Part shown: positions 38,238-48,523 of the stretch, piece after piece
Position numbering within the stretch: the first letter of the stretch is position 1
Layout of the letters: the number at the start of each line of letters is the position of its first letter
Source: Alphaproteobacteria bacterium
Lineage (GTDB): Bacteria > Pseudomonadota > Alphaproteobacteria > UBA8366 > GCA-2717185
Assembly: GCA_021774385.1 (NCBI GenBank)
Contig: JAJFJC010000002.1
Coordinates: 1-52,147, forward strand
DNA: 52,147 nt
Direction: 5' to 3'
Translations under genes and position numbers: made by a program
The notes under the pieces: generated by a model
Seen by the model: only the letters and a program-made list of their open reading frames with translations
Told to the model about the DNA's origin: nothing
Databases searched by the model: none

Positions 38238-41200
38238 ATGAGTCGCTTTCTTGATGCCTTGCAGGAGCGCGTCTTGCTCTGCGACGGCGGCATGGGCAGT
38301 CGCGTGCAAGCAATCGATCTCGATATCGAAACCGATTATCGTGGCGCGGAAAATTGCACGGAAGTGTTGAACCTGTCGCGGCCCGATATCGTCCTTGAAA
38401 TTCACAAAGGATATATTGCCGCTGGGGCGGACATCGTTCAGACCAACAGCTTTGGCGGATCACCCATCACATTGGGCGAGTTTGATCTCGCCGATCAAGC
38501 GCACGACATCAACCGTATCGCCGGCGAGTTGGCGCGAACCGCCATCGACAGTATGGCCAAGGACGGCCGGGAACGTTTTGTCTTGGGGTCCATTGGCCCC
38601 GGGACACGGCTCCCGAGCTTGGGACATATCGACTATGACAGTCTTGAAGAAGCATATCATGTCCAGTCGGTTGGGCTGATAGCCGGCGGCGTCGACGCCA
38701 TTCTGATCGAAACCTGTCAAGATACCCTGCAAATAAAAGCGGCGGTCAACGGAGCAAAAAGAGCAAGGTTCGACGCGACAATCGAACTACCGATTATCGT
38801 GCAAGTCACGGTGGAGACCACTGGAACCTTGCTCGTAGGCGCGGATATCGCCGCCGCCGCCACCGTCGTTCATGCGCTCGGCGTTGACATGCTTGGGCTC
38901 AATTGTGCGACCGGCCCACAAGAAATGGCGGAACACGTCAAATGGCTCGGCGAAAACTGGCCTAATCCCATCTCGCTTCAGCCAAATGCGGGATTACCCG
39001 AATTGGTGGATGGGGCACCGTATTATCCCTTGAGTGGGCCAGAGATGGCGGACTGGCTGCGGCGATTCGTTGGCGAGGACGGCGTCAATCTCATCGGCGG
39101 CTGTTGTGGCACCGACATCCCACATATCCAAGCGGTGGACAAAATGCTTCGTGCCCTGGCGGAGGATGGCTATCGACCGGTTCCAAAAAAGCGGACGGTG
39201 CGGTGGACCCCGGCTATCGCGTCCGCCTATGGCGCCATTCCCTATCGTCAGGAAAACGCCTTTCTCTCAATCGGCGAGCGCTGCAACGCAAACGGCAGCA
39301 AGAAATTCCGCGAGTTGCAGGAAGCAGAAGATTGGGATGCCTGCGTTGAAATGGGCCGCGATCAGGTCCGCGAGGGCAGCCACGCGATTGATGTGTGTAC
39401 GGCTTTCGTCGGTCGCGACGAAATATTCGAAATGGGTGAAGTCGTCACACGGATGCGAGGCGCCGTTAACGCGCCTCTGGTAATTGATTCGACCGAACTT
39501 CCCGTACTCGAATCCGCAATGCGGCTTTATGGCGGCAAGCCGTTGATCAATTCGATCAACTTTGAGGATGGCGAAGAAGCGGCGGACAAACGCCTGCAGC
39601 TTGCACGAACCTTTGGCGCCGGCGTCATCGCGCTAACAATCGACGAAGACGGCATGGCAAAAACGGCGGAAGATAAGTTGCGTATTGCAAAGCGGCTTTA
39701 TGAATTTGCCGTGGAGCAGCATGGTCTGCACCCCTCCGACTTGCTGTTCGATCCGCTAACATTCACGATCTGCACGGGAAACGCCGACGATCGATTACTC
39801 GGCGTCCATACACTCGATGCGATCGAGTTGATCGCCAAGGAGATGCCCGAATGTCAGATTATCCTCGGATTGTCGAACATTTCCTTTGGCTTGAATGCCG
39901 CGGCACGACATGTTTTGAACTCGGTCTTCCTTGATCATGCGGTGCGGCGCGGCATGACGGGCGCGATCCTGCATGTCAGCAAAATCATGCCGCTGCATGC
40001 AATCCCCGAACAGGAAGTTAAAATCGCGGAAGACCTGATTTTCGACAGGCGCGGGGACGAATATGATCCACTTACAGAGTTTTTGGGTCTATTCGAAGGG
40101 CGATCCGCGAAAAAAGATGTGGAAAAATCACGCCCTGAGAAGGTCGAGGAACGGCTGTCGCAACGAATTATCGATGGAGACAAGCAGGGTCTCGAAGAAG
40201 ACCTCGACGAAGCCATGGCCGCGCATCCACCTCTCGATATCATAAACACATTCTTACTTGACGGCATGAAAGTCGTCGGAGAACTGTTTGGCGCCGGGAA
40301 AATGCAATTGCCCTTCGTCCTGAAATCCGCCGAAACCATGAAAGCCGCCGTCGCGTTTCTCGAACCGCACATGGAACGTCTAGAAGGACAGCACAAAGGC
40401 ACCATTGTGTTGGCCACGGTTAAGGGTGACGTTCACGATATTGGTAAGAATCTCGTTGACATTATTCTCACCAACAATGGCTACAATGTTGTCAACCTTG
40501 GCATCAAACAGCCGATAAATGACATTCTGTCGGCTGTCGACGAACATGCCGCGCAAGCTATCGGTCTTTCCGGCCTGCTTGTTAAATCGACCGTCGTCAT
40601 GAGAGAAAACTTAAACGAAATGAGCCGCGCGGGACTTAAAATACCGGTAATTCTCGGCGGCGCCGCACTGACACGGGCATACGTGGAAGAAGATTGCGTA
40701 CAGGCGTACGCGTGCGGCCGGGTTGCGTACGCCCGCGATGCCTTTGACGGCCTTGGGCTCATGGATAAAGTCGTTAACGACAAATTTGACGGTCATTTGA
40801 AAACGGTTTCGAATAAGCGGGCGAATCGGCCGACGAACAAAAAGAAGGCGCTCGGGCGGGCAAAAACGACCGTGGCGCCTAACGCCAATCTGTCAACCGA
40901 GAAAAGGCGCTCTTTCCAATCGGCGGAAGCACCGCCGGCACCGCCATTTTGGGGTCCCCGAATAATTGCCCGGGCCCCGGTCCGCGCACTGTTGCCGTAT
41001 TTGAACGAACGCATGCTCTATCAATTTCAATGGGGCTTTCGCAAGGATGGCCGAAGCCTCGATGAATACATGGAATGGTCAAAAGGCGAGTTAAGACCAA
41101 TTCTGAAACGTATGGTCGATATTTCGATTCAGCAGGACATTCTAATTCCGCAGGCCGCATACGGTTATTGGAAGGCAGCCGGGGATGCCGACGATCTCGT

Positions 41201-41729
41201 CCTTTATGATGAAGACGGCAAGACTGAAGTCGCGCGGTTTCCGTTACCTCGTCAAGCCGACGGTGACGGGAAATGCATCGCCGATTACGTCCTTGATGCG
41301 TCTCTTGGCCCCGACCGGCGCGACGTCATCGCACTTCAAGTCGTGACCATGGGCCAACATGCCTCGGACACCGCGCGCGAATGGTTTGGCGAAGATCGTT
41401 ATCAGGACTACCTCTATCTGCATGGTCTTGGTGTCGAAATGGCCGAAGCGATGGCCGAATACACCCATAAGCGTATTCGCGCCGAACTAGGCTTTACCGC
41501 CGAGGAATCCCGCGACCTGGAAAAACTCTTGCAGCAGGAATACCGCGGTAGCCGCTATTCGTTCGGCTACCCCGCATGCCCCAAGGTGGAAGACCAGTCG
41601 ATGATCTTGGATTTGCTCGGCGCCGATCGAATCGGGATCGAACTATCCGATGAATTCCAACTTCACCCCGAGCAGTCGACCAGCGCTATTGTAATCCTGC
41701 ATAAAGACGCAAAGTATTTTTCCGTTTAG
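38238..41729 (+). CDS. metH: Cobalamin-dependent methionine synthase
   Basis: Hcy domain Zn ligands LNC and GGCC, pterin domain IGER.N, B12 motif GDVHDIGKN and activation domain RYSFGYPACP. Confidence 0.96.
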   Translation: MSRFLDALQERVLLCDGGMGSRVQAIDLDIETDYRGAENCTEVLNLSRPDIVLEIHKGYIAAGADIVQTNSFGGSPITLGEFDLADQAHDINRIAGELARTAIDSMAKDGRERFVLGSIGPGTRLPSLGHIDYDSLEEAYHVQSVGLIAGGVDAILIETCQDTLQIKAAVNGAKRARFDATIELPIIVQVTVETTGTLLVGADIAAAATVVHALGVDMLGLNCATGPQEMAEHVKWLGENWPNPISLQPNAGLPELVDGAPYYPLSGPEMADWLRRFVGEDGVNLIGGCCGTDIPHIQAVDKMLRALAEDGYRPVPKKRTVRWTPAIASAYGAIPYRQENAFLSIGERCNANGSKKFRELQEAEDWDACVEMGRDQVREGSHAIDVCTAFVGRDEIFEMGEVVTRMRGAVNAPLVIDSTELPVLESAMRLYGGKPLINSINFEDGEEAADKRLQLARTFGAGVIALTIDEDGMAKTAEDKLRIAKRLYEFAVEQHGLHPSDLLFDPLTFTICTGNADDRLLGVHTLDAIELIAKEMPECQIILGLSNISFGLNAAARHVLNSVFLDHAVRRGMTGAILHVSKIMPLHAIPEQEVKIAEDLIFDRRGDEYDPLTEFLGLFEGRSAKKDVEKSRPEKVEERLSQRIIDGDKQGLEEDLDEAMAAHPPLDIINTFLLDGMKVVGELFGAGKMQLPFVLKSAETMKAAVAFLEPHMERLEGQHKGTIVLATVKGDVHDIGKNLVDIILTNNGYNVVNLGIKQPINDILSAVDEHAAQAIGLSGLLVKSTVVMRENLNEMSRAGLKIPVILGGAALTRAYVEEDCVQAYACGRVAYARDAFDGLGLMDKVVNDKFDGHLKTVSNKRANRPTNKKKALGRAKTTVAPNANLSTEKRRSFQSAEAPPAPPFWGPRIIARAPVRALLPYLNERMLYQFQWGFRKDGRSLDEYMEWSKGELRPILKRMVDISIQQDILIPQAAYGYWKAAGDADDLVLYDEDGKTEVARFPLPRQADGDGKCIADYVLDASLGPDRRDVIALQVVTMGQHASDTAREWFGEDRYQDYLYLHGLGVEMAEAMAEYTHKRIRAELGFTAEESRDLEKLLQQEYRGSRYSFGYPACPKVEDQSMILDLLGADRIGIELSDEFQLHPEQSTSAIVILHKDAKYFSV

Positions 41730-41802
41730 TGAGATTGCTTTAACGCCTATGGCGCCAGTACTCGGGTTGCCAAGGGGATAGCGTCGAATTAGGGTCCGTG
41801 CC

Positions 41803-42297
41803 ATGACCGAAAATACCCCATTGTATCTTCACGAAGACGTCGTGCGTCCGGAATGGATCGATTATAACGGGCATATGAATGTCGCCTATTATGTTCTAGC
41901 GTTCGACTTGGCGACCGACGCCTTTCTGGACCATATCGGCCTCGATCGTGACTACAAAAAAGAAACGAACTGCACGACTTTCGTCGTCGATATGAACGTT
42001 TGCTACCTCGGCGAGGTTCTAGAAGGCGACCGGCTTCGATTTTCGACTCAGCTCCTTAACGCGGATGGCAAACGTCTGCATTATTTTCACCGCATGTACC
42101 ATGCCGAAAAAGGTTATCTTGCGGCGACGAATGAACTAATGACAGTGCATATCAATTTGGACACGCGGCGTGTCGCGCCCCTGCGCGATGATTTGCAACA
42201 ACGCATTGCACTATTACGTGAACGTCATGCAGCGTTGCCATTACCGGAGCAAGCGGGACGGATAATCGCCATACGATCGAAAATTGCTGTGACATAG
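41803..42297 (+). CDS. Hotdog-fold acyl-CoA thioesterase
   Basis: V.PEWIDYNGHMN..YY...FD motif. Confidence 0.88.
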   Translation: MTENTPLYLHEDVVRPEWIDYNGHMNVAYYVLAFDLATDAFLDHIGLDRDYKKETNCTTFVVDMNVCYLGEVLEGDRLRFSTQLLNADGKRLHYFHRMYHAEKGYLAATNELMTVHINLDTRRVAPLRDDLQQRIALLRERHAALPLPEQAGRIIAIRSKIAVT

Positions 42298-42400
42298 CGA
42301 ATTCCAAGGATATGGTGGCAATTATCTAGTTGAAGCGCTGAATCAGTCTGCGTACCTTAGTGCTTTGTAAGCTTTGCATTTTACTTGAACGGTTTCGAAT

Positions 42401-43450
42401 ATGGAACATGTCGACGGTCCTTCTCAGGCAAAAGAATATGCCGATACAGCGCTCCAACTCATGCTTCGATACGAGATTCCAGCAACGCCGGCAAATTTCG
42501 AAGTTTGGTACACCTACGCCAGCGGCCGCGATACGGAATTGAATGAAGCGCTCGACCTACTGATCACAAACAACCAACCTTTTACACAAGATCAAAATCT
42601 AGCCGTCGCGCAGCAGCATGTCCGGACCGCGGATACAAGCGATACGGTGCACGAGACAAGCTTGAAAATCGAAGAGTCGGTAAACACCGTCCTCGGCTTC
42701 GTGAGCGAAGCAAACGATGGCGCCGTTTCATATGGCGAATCGTTGGAATCCAATCTCGGTGCGATGGCGAACGCGGAAAATCTTGAAAGTTTGCGCCGAG
42801 CCGTGGAAACACTCGTGTCGGATACCAAGGGGATGACCGCTCAAAATTCACTGTTAAAAGGGCGGCTCGAGGAATCGTCAAAGGAAATTCAATCCCTTCG
42901 CGAGCACCTGGAAAGCGTGCAAAAGGAAGCAATGACGGACGGGTTAACTGGCATCGCAAACCGGAAATTCTTCGATACATCCCTACGGCAAGAAGCGACC
43001 AATGCAATGGAAACCGGAAGCGAACTTTGTCTCCTTCTGGGGGATATCGACCATTTCAAAAAATTCAATGACAATTACGGACATCAAGTTGGCGACCAAG
43101 TCCTCAAGCTCGTGGGGATGATATTGAAGGACTCAGCGAAAGATGGCGCGATCGCCGCGCGTTATGGCGGGGAAGAATTCGCGATCATCGTTCCACAATC
43201 AGACCTCGACAAGGCGCAGGAGATCGCGGAATCGGTGCGCATGACCGTGGCATCGAAACGAATAAGAAAAAGATCGACCGGGGAGGATTTCGGCAACATT
43301 ACGATGTCGATCGGAATTTCGAAATTCAAGCCAGGCGAGCCGGTCGTCGATCTGATTCAACGCGCGGACGAAAGCCTGTATTTTGCCAAAAATGCGGGCC
43401 GTAACCGCATCGCAACGGAACAAGAACTGGCGGCCGCCACATCTGATTAG
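42401..43450 (+). CDS. Cytoplasmic diguanylate cyclase (DgcB-like architecture)
   Basis: N-terminal TP.NF.VWY.Y domain, coiled coil, DGLTG..NR, DIDHFK.FND.YGH..GD and RYGGEEF. Confidence 0.92.
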   Translation: MEHVDGPSQAKEYADTALQLMLRYEIPATPANFEVWYTYASGRDTELNEALDLLITNNQPFTQDQNLAVAQQHVRTADTSDTVHETSLKIEESVNTVLGFVSEANDGAVSYGESLESNLGAMANAENLESLRRAVETLVSDTKGMTAQNSLLKGRLEESSKEIQSLREHLESVQKEAMTDGLTGIANRKFFDTSLRQEATNAMETGSELCLLLGDIDHFKKFNDNYGHQVGDQVLKLVGMILKDSAKDGAIAARYGGEEFAIIVPQSDLDKAQEIAESVRMTVASKRIRKRSTGEDFGNITMSIGISKFKPGEPVVDLIQRADESLYFAKNAGRNRIATEQELAAATSD

Positions 43451-43516
43451 TCCTGTCGGACAGCAGGAGGTCTTACTGAAACTCTTTGTCTTTGGTGTAG
43501 TGTCCAAACACCGAAA

Positions 43517-45310
43517 TTGAAAAAATCTGGCGCAAACGTGCGTTTTTACGCTCCCGAGCAAATTCTGCGGCGGCTTGGCCGACTCGTTAAAAGCGAGCAG
43601 GTCATTCTCACGATACTTTCCGCCTTGGTTGGACTGTTGGGCGGTGCGTGCGCGATCGGATTTCGCGAAGGAATTGCCCTCGCCCAAACGGTTGCCCTTG
43701 GCTTCGGATCCGAGTCGGTCTATTCGCTGGCCGCGATACTGCCCTGGTGGCACATTCTTTTATCCACGGTCGCGGGCGGGCTTTTCGTAGGTCTACTCGT
43801 CCAATTCTTGCTGCCGAGCCGCCGACTTCAGAGCGTCGCTGAAGTAATCGAAGCTTCCACATTGCGCGAAGGAAAAATGAGCTTCCGGACAGGGCTCGTA
43901 TCCGCCGTCGCGAGTGCGGTTTCGCTGGGTACCGGCGCATCGACGGGGCGGGAAGGCCCCGTCGTCCATCTTGGCGCCACCCTCAGCGCGCTCGTTGCGG
44001 AAAAATTAAAGCTTGGCCGTTCTCTCGCCCGGCTACTTCTTGGCTGTGGTGTCGCGGCAGCCGTCGCGGCTTCCTTCAACGCGCCAATTGCCGGCGTATT
44101 TTTCGCGCTGGAGGTTGTAATTGGTCATTACTCGCTGAAAGCCTTTGCGCCAATCGTCATTGCCTCTGTCGCCGGCACGATAGTTAGCCGCGCTTATTTC
44201 GGTGACTTTCCGGCTTTTATCTTGCCGCCAAATCAAATCGTTTCCTTTCTTGAGTTTCCCGCTTTTGCCTTGCTCGGCTTGGTCAGCGCGGTCATGGCAA
44301 TCGTCTTCATGCATTCTGTTGCCTTTACGCAAAGTACGGTTCAACGCCTGCCCATACCTTTGTGGACACGGCCCGCGTGCGGTGGGTTGCTGGTCGGCAT
44401 CATCGCGATCGCCTTTCCACATGTTCTTGGCGTCGGATATGAGGCGACCAATCATGCATTGCATGAACAATTCGAGCTCTGGCTGTTGATATCATTACTC
44501 GTCGCGAAGACCGCCGCGACGGTAATCAGTCTCGGCTTTGGCTTCGGCGCCGGGGTCTTTTCGCCAAGCCTGTTTCTCGGCGCCATGTTGGGCGGCACCT
44601 TTGGCATCATTGCGACGCACGCATTTCCAGACCTCTCCTCGGGCTATGGCGCATATACCATCGTCGGCATGGGTGCGGTCGCCGGCGCGGTGCTCGGTGC
44701 ACCGATTTCGACGATACTTGTCGTCTTCGAATTGACCGGTGACTATGCCATCACGGTTGCCGTCATGATCGGTACGGTCGCAGCCTCCTCGGTGACCCAG
44801 CAAGTCTTCGGTGATTCCTTCTTCACCTGGCAACTGGCGCGGCGCGGCTTGGACCTTAAAGGGGGCCGCTCGCAAAATCTGTTACGATCGATCCAGGTCG
44901 ATACCGTCATGAAAACGGACTACGACGCCGTCGCACCAGCAGCGTTAATGATTGAAGTTCGCGACGCCCTCCAGAAATCACGATATGGCGAAATTTTCGT
45001 CGTCGACGACGACGGCCGTCTGCACGGCACCGTCACACTTGCCGACCTATCCGACACCGCGTTCGACACTGAGCTGGACGCGGTAATCAATGCCGAGGAC
45101 GTCGCGCGCCGCAATCCCCCGGTGTTGGCACCCAAGGATACTCTGGACAAGGCCATGTCGGTCATGGATGCCGTTGATGAAGAGCACATCGCCGTTGTGC
45201 ATGATACGGACAGTATGATCGTCGTCGGCTTCGTCCATCAACTCGACGTGGTAACGACATACAACCAAGCGGTCCTCGAAGCACGGGCCGAGGAGCAAGG
45301 AGAGACCTGA
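43517..45310 (+). CDS. ClC chloride channel/antiporter with CBS pair
   Basis: GREGP gating motif, FNAPIAG..FALE, G.FSPSLF and C-terminal CBS domains. Confidence 0.92.
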   Translation: MKKSGANVRFYAPEQILRRLGRLVKSEQVILTILSALVGLLGGACAIGFREGIALAQTVALGFGSESVYSLAAILPWWHILLSTVAGGLFVGLLVQFLLPSRRLQSVAEVIEASTLREGKMSFRTGLVSAVASAVSLGTGASTGREGPVVHLGATLSALVAEKLKLGRSLARLLLGCGVAAAVAASFNAPIAGVFFALEVVIGHYSLKAFAPIVIASVAGTIVSRAYFGDFPAFILPPNQIVSFLEFPAFALLGLVSAVMAIVFMHSVAFTQSTVQRLPIPLWTRPACGGLLVGIIAIAFPHVLGVGYEATNHALHEQFELWLLISLLVAKTAATVISLGFGFGAGVFSPSLFLGAMLGGTFGIIATHAFPDLSSGYGAYTIVGMGAVAGAVLGAPISTILVVFELTGDYAITVAVMIGTVAASSVTQQVFGDSFFTWQLARRGLDLKGGRSQNLLRSIQVDTVMKTDYDAVAPAALMIEVRDALQKSRYGEIFVVDDDGRLHGTVTLADLSDTAFDTELDAVINAEDVARRNPPVLAPKDTLDKAMSVMDAVDEEHIAVVHDTDSMIVVGFVHQLDVVTTYNQAVLEARAEEQGET

Positions 45311-45326
45311 TCAATACCCGGAAAGA

Positions 45327-45938
45327 TCAATCCGGCCGCAACATCTCGAACGTGCTATCGACCGCCGCATAATCCATATAACCAAGCCGCGCCAAGGGGT
45401 GATAGGCGGCCACATCAATCATACCATCATCGATAATCCGATCGGCGATATGAATGCCCACCACCTGACCGATCACCATATTGTTCTCAATTTTAGGATT
45501 GGTGCTCGGCAACCGCAGACGTGTCACGAACCGGCATTCGAGGCTGGCGGGAGCCTCCTCGACGCGCGGCGTTTTTACATGAACGGAGGGCGCCGGCGTC
45601 AGGCCCGCAAGTTCGAACTCGTCGACCTCCGGGCCGACATGCGCGGAGCTTTTGTTCATTTCGTCGCGCAGTTCATAGCTGCACAAATTGACGACGAACT
45701 CATTGGTCTTCTCGATGTTGGCTAGCGTATCCTTCGCGCCGCCGCCGGGCCGAGGCCCGTTCGGGGCAAACACGATGGTCGGTGGTTGATCGGCTATCGC
45801 ATTGAAGAAACTGTATGGCGCGAGGTTCAAAACCCCGTCGAGATCCATACTGCTGACCCATGCGATCGGTCGCGGCCCCACGAGAGCCTTGAATGGATTA
45901 TGCTTCAAATTGTGTTTTTTCGGATCGTCGTAGAACAT
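45327..45938 (-). CDS. Flavin reductase family protein
   Basis: PRPIAWVSS, NLAPYSFFN, KDT..NI...EFVVN and PLARLGY. Start set at the ATG at 45938. Confidence 0.88.
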   Translation of the reverse strand: MFYDDPKKHNLKHNPFKALVGPRPIAWVSSMDLDGVLNLAPYSFFNAIADQPPTIVFAPNGPRPGGGAKDTLANIEKTNEFVVNLCSYELRDEMNKSSAHVGPEVDEFELAGLTPAPSVHVKTPRVEEAPASLECRFVTRLRLPSTNPKIENNMVIGQVVGIHIADRIIDDGMIDVAAYHPLARLGYMDYAAVDSTFEMLRPD

Positions 45939-45978
45939 TTCGGCCCTCGATTGATGATTGGTATAATTTTCAAGTGCT

Positions 45979-46740
45979 TCAGCCGAGCAAACCCCCGACC
46001 GCTGAAAGCGCATTGAGCGCGCGCGGAAACCCAGTATAGGGGCCAGTTTGCATAATCGCTTCGATAATCTCCACGCGCGTCAAACCGGTATTGAGCGCCG
46101 ATTGCGCGAACTTAGCGACTTGCGGCAAATGATCGATCGAGGTGAACGCCGCCACGGCACAGACACTGCGTTGGCGATGATCGAGATCAGGCCGGCCCCA
46201 AATATCGCCATAACCATAGGCAATCGCGGTTGGATACATGCCCGCCGTCGTGTCGTTGTCCGGTGCGGCGTAGCCTTTCTCGGCCCGGTCGCCATGCAGT
46301 TTAAACATCGTTTCCCGCCCCAATGTCATCAGGGCATCGGCGTCGAGGTCCGGCATTTTGGTATCCGGCACCGTGATATCTTTCTCCGCAAACACCTCGT
46401 TGGCGAGGGCGACCGAATTCAGGATCGTCGGGAATCCAGAATACAGGCCGCAATGGACAAACACCTCCTGGATCGTGCGGGGCGGCACACCGATATGCAG
46501 AGCCGCGCCGATATAACGGCGCAATTGGGGCAACCGCTGTTGCGAGGTTAATGCCGATAAGGTCGCCAGCATGCGATCTTCCAGCGCCAATCCAGGCCGC
46601 GCCCAGATCGATCCCCACACGGCCTCCTCCGCCAAACGGTCGAGCCCGGGCGCGAGTTCGGTCGCCGGGCTGTTGGCGGGAAATCCGAGCTTTTCGCGCA
46701 TCGCCGCACCAGCCTGCCGCAATTCATCACGCGTTGTCAT
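45979..46740 (-). CDS. Carboxymuconolactone decarboxylase family protein (tandem CMD domains)
   Basis: Two repeats: WGSIWARPGL...YSGFP and YGDIWGRPDL...YTGFP. AGGAGG RBS before the ATG at 46740. Confidence 0.85.
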   Translation of the reverse strand: MTTRDELRQAGAAMREKLGFPANSPATELAPGLDRLAEEAVWGSIWARPGLALEDRMLATLSALTSQQRLPQLRRYIGAALHIGVPPRTIQEVFVHCGLYSGFPTILNSVALANEVFAEKDITVPDTKMPDLDADALMTLGRETMFKLHGDRAEKGYAAPDNDTTAGMYPTAIAYGYGDIWGRPDLDHRQRSVCAVAAFTSIDHLPQVAKFAQSALNTGLTRVEIIEAIMQTGPYTGFPRALNALSAVGGLLG

Positions 46741-46850
46741 GTGGGCTCCTCCTCTATCGTTTCTTCTTCCTCCGCGATTTTGCACAAATCACGCGGCGGT
46801 GATAGAGGTACCCAAAATCAACATACCCGTCGAACATAGGTGATCGATAC

Positions 46851-47738
46851 ATGGCGACAGCACAGATAGGCATCTTCTCGGAAGGTTCCGCGGCCCATTA
46901 CGCCCTTGAATTCAGCGTCGCGAATAGCGACGCGCTCGCGGCTGCCCTCCGCCAGGCCAGAATCGACGCCGCGGCGGTATCGGGTACACAAATCGTGACC
47001 GCGTTCTCTGGCCCGGCCTGGCAATCTCTCGGCGGCACACCTCCCGAGGGGCTTCGGCCATTCGAACAAATTGGCGCGGCACCCGGACCCGTCGCGCCGA
47101 CGACGCAACGCGACGTACTGTTTTGGCTGCATGGCGCGGCACATGACGATGTGTTCGATGCCGCGCTTGCCGTCGGCCGGGCCATGGCGCCGGTAGCGAC
47201 GCCCGCGCTCGACCTGCGTGGGTTCGTCTATCATGACAGCCGCGACCTGACCGGCTTCATCGACGGCTCGGCCAACCCGAAAGGCGATGCTCGCCAGGAG
47301 GCGGCACTCATTACCGAGGGCGCCGGTGCCGGCGGCGCCTATGTCCTGAGCCAGCAATGGATTCACGATCTCGACTCGTTCAATGCCTTGGACGTGTCCG
47401 AACAGGAAGGCGTGATCGGACGCACCAAGGCCGACTCGATCGAATTGGAAGGCGATGCAATGCCAGCCGACTCACATGTCTCGCGAACCGACGTGAAAAT
47501 CGACGGCGTGGCGATGAAGATTTACCGGCGGAGTTTCCCGTACGGTACGGTTGGGGCAAAAGGACTCTATTTTCTGTCCTTCGCCCGCGATATCGCCCGC
47601 TTCGAGGTACAGCTACAGCGCATGTACGGAGTCAGCGGCGACGGCCTGCGCGACCGGGTAACCGAGTTCAGCGCGGCGGTAACTGGATCATATTGGTTCG
47701 CGCCCTCGGAAGAGGATTTGGCGACGGCGCTGGAATAG
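46851..47738 (+). CDS. Dyp-type peroxidase
   Basis: RDLTGFIDG (GxxDG), proximal His in SHV, distal Arg in IYRRS and TGSYWFAPS. Confidence 0.92.
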   Translation: MATAQIGIFSEGSAAHYALEFSVANSDALAAALRQARIDAAAVSGTQIVTAFSGPAWQSLGGTPPEGLRPFEQIGAAPGPVAPTTQRDVLFWLHGAAHDDVFDAALAVGRAMAPVATPALDLRGFVYHDSRDLTGFIDGSANPKGDARQEAALITEGAGAGGAYVLSQQWIHDLDSFNALDVSEQEGVIGRTKADSIELEGDAMPADSHVSRTDVKIDGVAMKIYRRSFPYGTVGAKGLYFLSFARDIARFEVQLQRMYGVSGDGLRDRVTEFSAAVTGSYWFAPSEEDLATALE

Positions 47739-47748
47739 GGAAACGCGA

Positions 47749-48510
47749 ATGGATCTGGGACTGAAAGGCAAGAAAGCGATCGTCACCGGCGGCACCAAGG
47801 GCATCGGCCTGGCGATCGCCGAGACACTTGCCGGCGAAGGCTGCGACATCGCGATCTGTGCTCGTGACGGCGCGTTGGTCGACCGGACCGTCGCGGCGCT
47901 CGCCAAAAAAGGCGTCAAGGCCCATGGCGCCTCCGCCGATGTCACCAGTAGCGAGAGTTTCCGCGCCTGGATCGGCGAAGCGGCGAATGATCTCGGCGGG
48001 CTCGATATCCTGGTGGCGAATGTCAGCGCCCTCGCCGGCACACCGGACGAAGATGCCTGGCGCGCGGGTCTCGAGACCGATGTGCTCGGCACCGTCAGGG
48101 CGGTTGAATCGGCATTGCCGTTTCTGGAAAATTCCGACGACGGATCGATCATCGCCATCGCCAGTACCGCGGCGCTGGAAAATTTTTTCGGCGTGCGCGC
48201 CTATAACGCCATCAAGGCCGCCGTCATCGCCTATATGTCGGCACTGAGCAGCACGGTCGCGGGACAGGGCATTCGCGCCAACACGGTGTCGCCCGGCACG
48301 ATCTTCTTCGAGGGCGGTGTCTGGGACCAACGGCGCCAAGAAATGCCAGAAGTCTATGAGGCCGCCCTGGCGAAAAATCCAACTGGCCGCATGGGCACGC
48401 CGCAGGATGTCGCCAACGCCGTCGCCTTCCTGGCAAGCCCCGCCGCCGGGTTCATCACGGGATCGAATCTGGTCGTCGACGGTGCGTTGACGCAACGGGT
48501 TCAGTTCTAA
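47749..48510 (+). CDS. SDR oxidoreductase
   Basis: TGGTKGIG, catalytic YNAIK and VVDG C-terminus. Confidence 0.9.
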   Translation: MDLGLKGKKAIVTGGTKGIGLAIAETLAGEGCDIAICARDGALVDRTVAALAKKGVKAHGASADVTSSESFRAWIGEAANDLGGLDILVANVSALAGTPDEDAWRAGLETDVLGTVRAVESALPFLENSDDGSIIAIASTAALENFFGVRAYNAIKAAVIAYMSALSSTVAGQGIRANTVSPGTIFFEGGVWDQRRQEMPEVYEAALAKNPTGRMGTPQDVANAVAFLASPAAGFITGSNLVVDGALTQRVQF

Positions 48511-48523
48511 AAGCCTAACTGTT

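Noticed and set aside
46851-47738. Dyp as encapsulin cargo
   Set aside because: No GSL.IGSL-type targeting tail and no encapsulin gene adjacent.
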